This document shows, piece by piece, positions 38,451-48,200 of a stretch of 64,000 bases of DNA. How positions within the stretch are numbered: position 1 is the stretch's first letter; every line of letters begins with the position of its first letter. The notes beneath the pieces were generated by a model, which was not told the origin of the DNA, did not search any database, and saw only the letters and a list, made by a program, of their open reading frames with translations. Source of the DNA: a virus (lineage: Duplodnaviria > Heunggongvirae > Uroviricota > Caudoviricetes); IMG/VR virus record IMGVR_UViG_3300002054_000021, positions 13,864 through 77,863 of that record. One strand, given 5' to 3'. A program made the translations under genes and the position numbers.

Positions 38451-39338
38451 ATGGAAATAGATGAAAACAATACAAACTTAGAGGGTACACAACCAGTAGT
38501 TCCTGCGTCAGAACCAGCTTCTGCTGTTGACCTAGCTATTGAGAATGTAATCGCTGGGGGTCAAGCTGAAATTTCTTCATTAAAAAAAGAAATAGAAGAC
38601 CTAAAAATTAAACTTAGAACTGCCGAAAGGGAAGGTGAAAAGTATCAAGAAGAAGCTAAGAGAGAAGCTAAGAAGACAGGCGCTATTATAGAAGAGAAGC
38701 GTGTCGTATTAGAAAAACTCAAAGCACTTCAGTCAATGCACGAAGGTGTGGATGAGGAGACTGCTAGAGAAGTTCTTAAAAGAGCTAGAGAAGGTGAAGG
38801 ATCTGATTTCGAGACTGAAAAAGCTAGACTTGTTGATTCTGCCATCAATGAATTCAAGGAAATGAATTATAATCCTATTCTTGATGAGCTTCAAGAGGCG
38901 AAAGATACAGTGGCTAAGTTTAAAAAGAAGCTGCATAATGCTGTAGTTAAGTCTGAGATTATAAATAACGCAATTAAATATGGCGTTAATCCAGAATTAG
39001 CTGAGTATGTAGTCCCTGAGTTTGAAAATAGACTAACTATCAACGAAGAAGGCGATAGGGTTTATTTAAATTCAGAAGGTTATCAGTCACCAACTTTCGA
39101 CTGGAAGGGAAATCTTCTAGTCCTTAAGAGTGAAAAGCCTTCACTGTTTCTGAGAAGTACTGGATCTGGAGCTAAATCATCGTCAAGCGTTGATATACTC
39201 AGAGAAGACTTAAACCCTTGGGTTGCGTCAACAAGAGACAGAACTGCTCAAATGAGAATCACGACAGCAGATCCTGCAAAAGCTGCGAAGCTTAAAGATG
39301 AAGCTGACAAGATTAATAAAAAAGCAAGAAAAAAGTAG
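38451..39338 (+). CDS. capsid scaffolding protein
   Basis: Charged coiled-coil directly before MCP; C-terminal PSLF..S.GSGA and NPW motifs. Confidence 0.78.
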   Translation: MEIDENNTNLEGTQPVVPASEPASAVDLAIENVIAGGQAEISSLKKEIEDLKIKLRTAEREGEKYQEEAKREAKKTGAIIEEKRVVLEKLKALQSMHEGVDEETAREVLKRAREGEGSDFETEKARLVDSAINEFKEMNYNPILDELQEAKDTVAKFKKKLHNAVVKSEIINNAIKYGVNPELAEYVVPEFENRLTINEEGDRVYLNSEGYQSPTFDWKGNLLVLKSEKPSLFLRSTGSGAKSSSSVDILREDLNPWVASTRDRTAQMRITTADPAKAAKLKDEADKINKKARKK

Positions 39339-39357
39339 TAAAATACTAAAACAAAAG

Positions 39358-39382
39358 GGGCGGCTTGGGTCGCCCAATTTTT
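39358..39382 (+). terminator. hairpin between scaffold and capsid genes
   Basis: gggcggc-ttgg-gtcgccc plus T-run. Confidence 0.5.
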
Positions 39383-39403
39383 ATAATATAGGAAAACATA
39401 AAA

Positions 39404-40453
39404 ATGGCAACATTTAATGAAATTATTTGCGACCCTAGCGCTCCGATAATCTGCGGTGAAGCAATGAGAGATTATCTCTTAGATTGCGACATGCGTAGAG
39501 CTAACGAGTACTGGGATAATGGTATTGTCCAAGAATCTGCAAGAGCACAAACTTTTGCTCAAGGGTGCCATAAGGCTGCTCAAGAGAAGTTCTGGCTTCC
39601 AGTTGAATATGCTGAAGGTGGAATTGTAGCTTGTGGTACAGAAGAAAATCTTGGTGATGCAGACTGTCCAGATTGCGAAGGATTAAAGCAAGATACAGAA
39701 ACAATGTTCAAGCTTTACACTCGTAATTGCTGGGCAGCTGCTGACTGTGAGGCTCAGTGCCAATCTTGTGATGAAGACGATGTTATTGACATTGTTATCT
39801 CAAGAGTTGTTACGCCTTACATGGTTAGAGACAATGTTGAGAAGCTTTTCTCTCAAGCTGTTGGTCTTTATGCATGGGCTGATGGTCAAGCCGCTGATAT
39901 CAAGGACGAGATGATCGTTGATCTTGGCACAAATGAACTTGATCACTGTGCAGGCATTGACCTTAACAACATGAGAGATTGTGGTGAATTTGATGGACTT
40001 TATGTTCATAAAAACGTTTACGTTGCTATGAGAAAGTCTGGATGTCTTCAAGAGAAAGTTTGCTGTGGTGACACAGATTTCGAATTTGCATCTCTAGCTG
40101 ACGGAACAGTTATTATACCTGTTTCACGTCAAATAGCTGACAGATACCTTGTTGACCCTGCTGGAGATTACATCTCTATTGCGTTCAACTTTGGTGCTTT
40201 TGAATACGCTGAGGGATGTCACAAGACTCCATTCGAGCGCTACAGAGACCCTAAGGCTCACTGTGGTGACGGAATGGAATCTATCTTCTTCAGACGTGAA
40301 TTTGTTCTTCGTCCATTTGGTACGGAGTTTGACACAACTGGTCTTGCAAAAGACTATGCTAGCCATGCAGAACTAAGAGACGGCGCAAGATGGAACGTTA
40401 AGATTCCTCTTGAGTTCTTCGGACTTGGTTTCGTTAAGTCACAAATTAATTAA
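39404..40453 (+). CDS. major capsid protein (HK97 fold), Cys-rich
   Basis: Synteny after scaffold; C-terminal ERYRDP...GDG.E....RREFVLRPFG.EF......AEL....RW pattern of siphophage coat proteins; strongly biased codon usage. Confidence 0.78.
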   Translation: MATFNEIICDPSAPIICGEAMRDYLLDCDMRRANEYWDNGIVQESARAQTFAQGCHKAAQEKFWLPVEYAEGGIVACGTEENLGDADCPDCEGLKQDTETMFKLYTRNCWAAADCEAQCQSCDEDDVIDIVISRVVTPYMVRDNVEKLFSQAVGLYAWADGQAADIKDEMIVDLGTNELDHCAGIDLNNMRDCGEFDGLYVHKNVYVAMRKSGCLQEKVCCGDTDFEFASLADGTVIIPVSRQIADRYLVDPAGDYISIAFNFGAFEYAEGCHKTPFERYRDPKAHCGDGMESIFFRREFVLRPFGTEFDTTGLAKDYASHAELRDGARWNVKIPLEFFGLGFVKSQIN

Positions 40454-40459
40454 TTTATG

Positions 40460-40488
40460 TGGTGGGCTTCGGCCCACCATTTATTCTT
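40460..40488 (+). terminator. terminator after capsid gene
   Basis: tggtgggc-TTCG-gcccacca (cUUCGg) followed by tttattctt. Confidence 0.8.
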
Positions 40489-40507
40489 AAGTTTAGGAAG
40501 GTTAATC

Positions 40508-40699
40508 ATGGAAAATATCGAAGAGAAAAAGGTAGACGGAGAGAAGGCTGTTAAAGCTCCTGATCCTAAGCCTGTAGTTGCAGTTGCTCCTAAGCCTGTA
40601 GTTGCAGTTAAGCCAGCTCAAAAAAATAATGTAGCCATTGCTGCAGATAGAAAATCTGCTAGAAGAGGCTCAAAAAGCGTCGTTAAGTTACTTAGATAA
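40508..40699 (+). CDS. small low-complexity protein (PKPVVAV repeat)
   Basis: Start MENIEEK at 40508 after SD GGAAGG. Confidence 0.6.
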   Translation: MENIEEKKVDGEKAVKAPDPKPVVAVAPKPVVAVKPAQKNNVAIAADRKSARRGSKSVVKLLR

Positions 40700-40720
40700 T
40701 ATTTAATTAAGGAGAGTTAA

Positions 40721-41248
40721 ATGAAATCTAAATATATAGATGCTTCACCTTCATCAAGAAGGTCAAGAAATAGAACAAGTTCACAAATATCTAACAGAAA
40801 AGCTATACCTGTACATGTAGTTAATAACCCTGCTTCACAAAACTCTAATTTTCAACCTCAAAACTTAGGTTTGATAATGAGAGGATCAAATGTTGTAGGT
40901 AAGGTTATCCTAATGTATTCTCACATTAACAACTCAGTCGATAAAGTTGCTTACTACATCGATGGGCGAGAGGTTCATGGATATAGAGGATCATTTAAAA
41001 CTAACGATCAAGCTAGAGAAATTATTGAAGATGATTTATCTAGATTTGCGCGACCACAATCTCAAAGTCTTTTAAACAACTCTAGCAATCAAAATCAAAA
41101 TCAAAATGATAGTGATGCTGATGATCAAAATATTAGCAGGCAATCTGTAACAGACCCTGATTTCAATATAGATGAATTTGAAAGACAGCAAAGAATTAAA
41201 GTGTACCAGTCAAGATTGGAGGCGTTAGGTTATTTAGACTTTTTGTAA
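40721..41248 (+). CDS. hypothetical virion-module protein
   Basis: SD AAGGAG; Arg/Ser-rich N-terminus, Asn/Gln-rich C-terminus. Confidence 0.7.
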   Translation: MKSKYIDASPSSRRSRNRTSSQISNRKAIPVHVVNNPASQNSNFQPQNLGLIMRGSNVVGKVILMYSHINNSVDKVAYYIDGREVHGYRGSFKTNDQAREIIEDDLSRFARPQSQSLLNNSSNQNQNQNDSDADDQNISRQSVTDPDFNIDEFERQQRIKVYQSRLEALGYLDFL

Positions 41249-41271
41249 TATTATATACAGTGTGGTACTAA

Positions 41272-42261
41272 ATGGCAAAGAAAAGAGTTTTAAGAACAGC
41301 TCCTAATAGAAATTTCAGAAGATCAAACTCTAACCGCCGCCCTACGGGTGGTGGATTTTCTGTTGGAGCAACCATAATTAAACCTGCTTGCGGTGAAGGT
41401 GGCGCTCCAGTAGTAATAGAGAATACTTGCGATAATCCAATACCTATTGAAGCATGCGCTCCGATTCCAGTTATTGTAGAAAATAATGTACAAATAGAAA
41501 AAATTACTTACTGTAATTTAGATACTGATACTCATTGGATAAAAGTTTGCTCATATTCTATAGATGCATCAGGGACTCCAGTAGAGACGGTTCTATCAGA
41601 AAGTGATACAGGAATACCGTGCGATGAATTCCCTCCAACTCCTCCACAAATAGAAAAAATATCATATTGTAATGATTTAACCAAAACGACTTGGATAAAG
41701 GTGTGCGCATATGCCTTTAATTCTACAACAGGAGTAACAACTGAAACTGTTTTAAGTGAAACAGACTCTGGTGTTCCTTGCGAATTAAATCAGACTGCAG
41801 CAGAAATAAAATGCTTTGAGATGTGCGATGATGTCAATGGAGACTTCACATCCATTACGACATTTTACGAAATATCTTTAGTTTATTACGATGGAACATT
41901 TCTACAAAAAGTAGATCTAGGGTCGTTTTTAGACACAGATGGTCAAACGCCTTACGTCCCAATAAACCCACTTCCCTGCAGCGATATAGGAAGAGATATA
42001 ATTGAAAGTCAAGGAAGAGTAGTTCTTCAAGGTGGATCTTGGTCTCCATCACCTATAATAAAATCATACACAATAAGGGTTGATGTTGTTGCGAATGAAG
42101 CAAATCCTCCACAATTCACAGACAGCTTTGGAAACACCACCCCTTTGTTTGAAGGGGAAACTTTCGGCTACTCATTTACATGTGTCAACGTAGATACAGA
42201 ATCTTTTGTCAACTCATCTGCAGGTGACAGAATTGTTATAACCTACATTCAGGGAACTTAA
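41272..42261 (+). CDS. Cys-rich structural protein with tandem ~55-aa duplication
   Basis: QIEKI.YCN.....WIKVC.Y......TETVLSE.D.G.PC occurs twice. Confidence 0.7.
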   Translation: MAKKRVLRTAPNRNFRRSNSNRRPTGGGFSVGATIIKPACGEGGAPVVIENTCDNPIPIEACAPIPVIVENNVQIEKITYCNLDTDTHWIKVCSYSIDASGTPVETVLSESDTGIPCDEFPPTPPQIEKISYCNDLTKTTWIKVCAYAFNSTTGVTTETVLSETDSGVPCELNQTAAEIKCFEMCDDVNGDFTSITTFYEISLVYYDGTFLQKVDLGSFLDTDGQTPYVPINPLPCSDIGRDIIESQGRVVLQGGSWSPSPIIKSYTIRVDVVANEANPPQFTDSFGNTTPLFEGETFGYSFTCVNVDTESFVNSSAGDRIVITYIQGT

Positions 42262-42262
42262 T

Positions 42263-45200
42263 ATGTCTAAATGCGATAATACTTGCGGAACAAAGATAAT
42301 TGAAATCAATAATACTACTGTTGATATCACAAATCTATCCGAAAATGACATTACCAATCTTTTAAATCAATTTAACTTTACTGACCTTACTGCTGAGCAG
42401 TGTCAGGACATATTCCAATGCATTATTAATAACGGAACAATTCAGCAGTTTGTTGAATTTCTCCAAAAATTAGACTTCTCTCAAATGACTGCGCAACAAT
42501 GCGCTGACATATTAGCTTGTATTGATTTCACAAACTTAACACCCATACAGTGCCAAGCTATACTTGACTGCATAATTACAAATATTACTCCAGCTCAAAT
42601 TACAGAGTTGACGAATGTAATAGATTTTACAACATTAATTAATAACCTAACGCCGACTGAGCAAGCTGCTCTTTGTCAGGCTATAATTGATGCTGGGTGT
42701 GATTTAACTGAGCTTATTGATTTTACTCAATTATCAACTCAACAGCAAACAGATTTAACCAATCTTATTGAAAGTCTAAACCTTACTCTATTAACTGTTA
42801 CAGCAGGTGCTACAGCTGCCGCTGGTGATAATTCTAATGGTCAAGAAGTTGTTTCAATAGGTGACACAATTCACTTCTGGTCAAGCGACGATACCATAGA
42901 TATAAATGTCTCTGCAGGATCTGCGATTGTTGACTTAACTGTTGACCCAATATCTCACCCTGAAGGCTCATTGGTTTCCTGTCTTGAGGATTCTCCATTA
43001 TTAAATAATGATGGAGGGTCTCCTAACTCCTATCAATACACAACTACATTTACCCCGCATATAACAGGAGAATATGATCTTAATTATTCTGTAGGATCTT
43101 TTTCTGGCGGCGGTTCAGATCCGTCATTTTTTATAAATGTAGGCACCTCTGCAGGTGCTTCAGATGTATTTAACGGAGGTGGCACAAGATCTCTTCAGTC
43201 AAGCCCATCTGTAACAACAACTATAACCCTAACTCAAAATGTTGAATACTTTTTCACAGGTTTAGCAGGCGGGGGATCGATAGCGGGAGATATAACATCA
43301 TGTATTTCTCAGAAGGGGTTATCACAATTTATTGAAACCGCAACTGAATCTACTGAGCTTTGGGCAACATGTATTGATTGTTATACTCAAAATGCAGGTA
43401 TTTCTACACAAGGAAATCCAGTTGGAGGTGGAGGTTTTGCAACAAATGAATTCAATCCAACGCTTGGCGTTTTTACTATAACACCTACTGCAAACATAGC
43501 TGTTCCAGAATTTTTCAAAATAAGGATCGAGGACGCTAGTGATGGCGATCAACCTTTAGAAATATCTATTTCTGGTAGTGATGGGTCATCCGCTACAGCA
43601 ACAGGGGTTGGACCACAGTCATTTGATAATGGTATGGTAGATTTCTCTATTGCATTTGGATTCGTATTTCAGGCTGGTGTAACATATACATTTACACCAA
43701 GTACAGTAAATACGTTACCTGCAGGTGATGTTGTAACAATGTTTGCTGTTGAGAATAGTAACTCAGATCCTATTGACTTCCTGTCAGACTCATCTGATGG
43801 CGCTGGGGGTAATATTCCAGAGCTTGTCCCAGAAATAATTATAATAGCGGAATCAGACACAACTGCAAAAGTTATTACTCTATCTGATAACTCTTTAAAG
43901 TTTTATGATGAGTCATTAGTAGAAATTTCTGGATTGACATCAGTACCACCTGCTTGGCAGCGTTGCGGCCTCACAGATGTTGAACAATCTGAAGTCAACG
44001 AGCTTATTCAAGAGTTAGTCCCAGATAATATAAATTTAAACACATATATATCAACAAACTTCACTTTAAACCCAGTTAACAATACAGATATAGCAACAAG
44101 AACGCATACTTGGACTGGCAGCTCTCCTGTCAACGGAACGGTAACAATACCTGCTTCAGAAGATCCTTCAAGAGAAAGATTTTGGGTTATAAATGACAGT
44201 CCAAATGGAACAGACTTAGTTATCGATGCATCAGCACTACCTACTGGACTTGATGATGGCTCTCCATCAATTATCCCAGCTGGATGTAAAGCAGATATTT
44301 CTTATGGTGAGTTTGGTGATAAAGCTTATGTTCACCTTACATGCGGTGAAGGCGTTTTAGCTGATTATAATACTCCAAGTGTAATTTGTAAATTATTGAT
44401 ATTTGACCCAGTTTCTAATGGAGAGCAAACTGGAATAGCTAGCCTTGATGGGCCTATCCCTCCTAATCAAGACCACTATCTAATGTACACATTAGAATCT
44501 AAAGATACGAGGTTCGTAGGTAGTCATCCATCAGCTAACAAGAATTTAGTTGGTGTATACTGGGATGGGGCAAACTGGTTAGTTGAGCAATCAAGCGCAG
44601 GGTCTGATGCTGTATTTACACCAGTTGACACTGATGTACTAGTTTCTGAAATTCTGACAACTGGAACTCCAACTGCAATTGCCGTTGCTGGTAATGTGAA
44701 TGGAATACAGAGTGTTGAAAATAACGGTGGTCTTTTATTTGCAGCCAACCAGTTTAATGGAGCTGCAAATACTGGAGAAATCGACATTATTGGAGGTCAA
44801 CTCGATACTGGAGTAGTCGAAAAATCATACCTTCAACTAGATGGAACTTATTTACTTCCAGATGGGTCATTTCAAAGTGTGAGTGATGTCGTAGCTGACA
44901 ATTGGATTGTTTGTTCAGATGAAGATTTAGATAACTCAGGCGTTGTGACTACAGCTGTAACTGCACTAACAACAACTAACGGTGTAAATATTAATATCGG
45001 TGATGATTACATTGAGTTTCCAGACGGAACAACTTGGGCAACAGGTAGCGCATCTGCATCTGGAGTTAATTCAGTAATTGGTGAGCATGTGGACAACACA
45101 GATTCTTCAAACCCAATTGTTAAAACTTGGATTAAAGAAGAGTGCTTCTTAGAGGCACAGTTACCAGTAGCAGCTATTGCATCATCATTTTATGACAATA

Positions 45201-48200
45201 GGATAGCAACCACAGGACAAACATTAACAGCAGAAGGTTCTCACATCGGATTCGTTGGTGAGGAATTCCGTGTTGATTTATCTGATTTTACCGCTCCCCT
45301 TATTGCCGATCAAGTAAATAATGATTGGTACTTAAGACAAGTTATTCTTGATCGTACTGGGGCACCATTTAACGCATCCAACACTTTCAATCTTTCTTTA
45401 ATATCGTCTGATGGTACAATTAAGGGCACGTCTGCTAATGCCAGTCTTGCTAATGTTGGGCCAACTATATTTAACTTTACGCAAGCTCAGAATTTAAAAG
45501 TAGAAGACGGAGATTACTGGAGGTTTGGCGGAGGTGCTAACTTCCAAGGGCAAATATCATCCGTTCCTGATATAGATGGTAGATGGGAAACGACAGGGGA
45601 TGACCCTTCATTAAGCGGCGGGCCTTTCCAAGGAGCAGCAGAAGACTTAGATGCTGGTGACGCCCTACCAATGAGTTTTGCTTTTGAACAAGTAGGTTTA
45701 ATTCCACGTATACTTAGAACATATGATGATGGATCATTATATCAAATAGACAAAACAACAAACACAGCAACTCTGGTTGTTTCTATACCTACAAATTGGG
45801 TAGAGATTTCTTGTGATCAAGATATAACTGTGACTGGTGAACATGTATCACAAGAAGGTCTTAATATTGATGTTAAGACGTGGATTAAAGAAGAGTGCTA
45901 TGATGAGGCTGTATTCACCCTTGCCTCTGATGCTTCTGGAGCATCAGGTGGAGACACTACTATTGCGGCTGTCCTTGGTCAAGGTAATGGCGGTCAATGG
46001 ACTGTTCCTGCTGGGACAACTTACAACACTGTTGACGGATTTGGAAATCATTTTCATGGTGGTGTAGATGGAGTTGTTGATTGGCAGATAACTAATACAA
46101 CAACAGGTCAGATAATAAATGCAGTGACCAATTACATAGCTGCTGATGGAACTATTGGCGGTGTAGACGGAGGTCTAAATGTAGGACAAACTGGGCCTTA
46201 TACTTTCTTACCAAGCCCACTATTTGTTAGCGCTGGAGATGTTGTTAACTTTGTTATTACTTCTGATACAACAGGAGCAAACTGGAGGAGGTCTCAGCCA
46301 TTAGGAACTGTTAATGACGCAGATTGGGCGTGGCTACTCACTGGTCAGGTGAATAAGCCTTCATTTGCCCTTTACTCAAACGACCCGAATCAACATGTAG
46401 TTAGAACATATAATGATGGTTCTATATTTGAGGTAAATAAAACAACAAATACCGTCTCTGAGGTTACATCAATTCCAACGAGCTGGAATAAATCATCGTG
46501 CTTAACTGATGATGAAGTATCTCAAATAAACGATTTGATTGAAAGCGCTATAGATGATAGTTCCATATCAACGCAATTCAGAAAAGTTTGTTTTTCACCT
46601 ACAGACACATTTATTGCAAAATCAACAATTTATGAGCACTATACTTTAGAAGATGAGGTGTTTATTAGTTTAGGTTATAGCTCATCAAATATATATAACT
46701 CTGCTAATTTAGTTGACATCACAACACTGGACGGGGGTGGATCTGTTTCCGTTGGTGAGTGTCCTTGTTGTCACTTAGATTATTCAAATATATCTATTTA
46801 CAATGCGTTTGCTGCCGCTGGGACTATAACAGGAACGGGTAAGGCTAATTCTTCAAATCCTAACATTTCTTTTAACCCAGCAGTTGGTGCAACGCAGGTA
46901 GAAACAATTGAGTTCTTTTCTCCAGTTAACAATAAGTTTATTGATGTGGAGGCTTCAGTAACTAGAGTTTCTGGATCTGGGGATTTAGTCTTTAATACTG
47001 CGATATCAAGATGGACTCTCAGCTCTCCTGCTGCTGTATTTGACCTTACTATGAAAGTAGTGGATTCTAAATTTGGTATTGACGCGGATATTGATTGGAG
47101 TTTCTCAGTTTCAAGTGTCGGCGGCGGAGATCTTGTAAATTTTGTTACTCCTATAGATGATTACATTCAAAACGCAGGCGCTCCTAACTTAACACTTCCT
47201 TACACAGGAAATTGGAGTAATGGAAATAATAATGCATCTTCATCAATGAGGATGTCTGGATACAATGAGGTATCTTTAAGGTTCACAACTGCAAACGCAG
47301 TAAACTTCACCATGTCTATGGCTCTCTTAAGTGGACCTAGTATTGAAGAATTTGATACATGTTCGTTAACAGGTACGGATTCTTGGAAATCTTTTGTTTC
47401 TAGATTGGAAGACTCAGGTAATTCTTGTACCCCTGTTGATTGCGTTGAGGTTCTTGGAGATCCAGTTCAAATTATCGAAGTTGCGGGAGAAATGACTCTT
47501 CAGAGAGCTTATAATGTTGTGACAACATTTGTGGACATGACTTCAGATTCAACGCTATTGACAGCGGATGTTGATAAAACCGCACAAGCTTCAGCCCTTG
47601 CAACCCACCTTCAGGGCCTTGCGGGTGTTGTTGGTGTAGTCACTGCAGTAGGAGAAACTGTTGAAATATCTGCCCCTGCAGGACAAGGGACTGTGTCTTC
47701 GGTTAGATTTGAGGTTGCTCCTTTGGAGTTAAACTTTAGAGATTCAGATTCTCCTGTTGAAACAGTCCTTGACACTACATGGACTCAGACAGATGTCGCT
47801 ACAGGTCAAGTTGTAGAAGTTACGTTTGGTACTGCAGATGCTTTATCTGGACCAACAAGCGGCAACGGTGTCGTAATGAGAAATCAAATTGCAGGTGTAG
47901 TTGGTAACATCACTACAAGCGGTGGCCTTGTGCCAACGAGAATGAGATCTCAGTTTAATGATTTAGATTTCGGAGCAGGAACGGAAGAGCAAATGTCTTT
48001 CAATCCTACTCCAACAAGTGCAGATGTTGTTAATGGATCAGGATCTTTAACTGGAAACGTATTCATATCAGACGTTTCTAATACTGATGTAAGTATTTTT
48101 TCTGATGGCAACAATATACAGTTTGATGTTCTCTCTGATATGTCATCCAATAGAGGTATTGGAGTAAGACAAGTACAATTATTCTGGGATTACGATGCTG

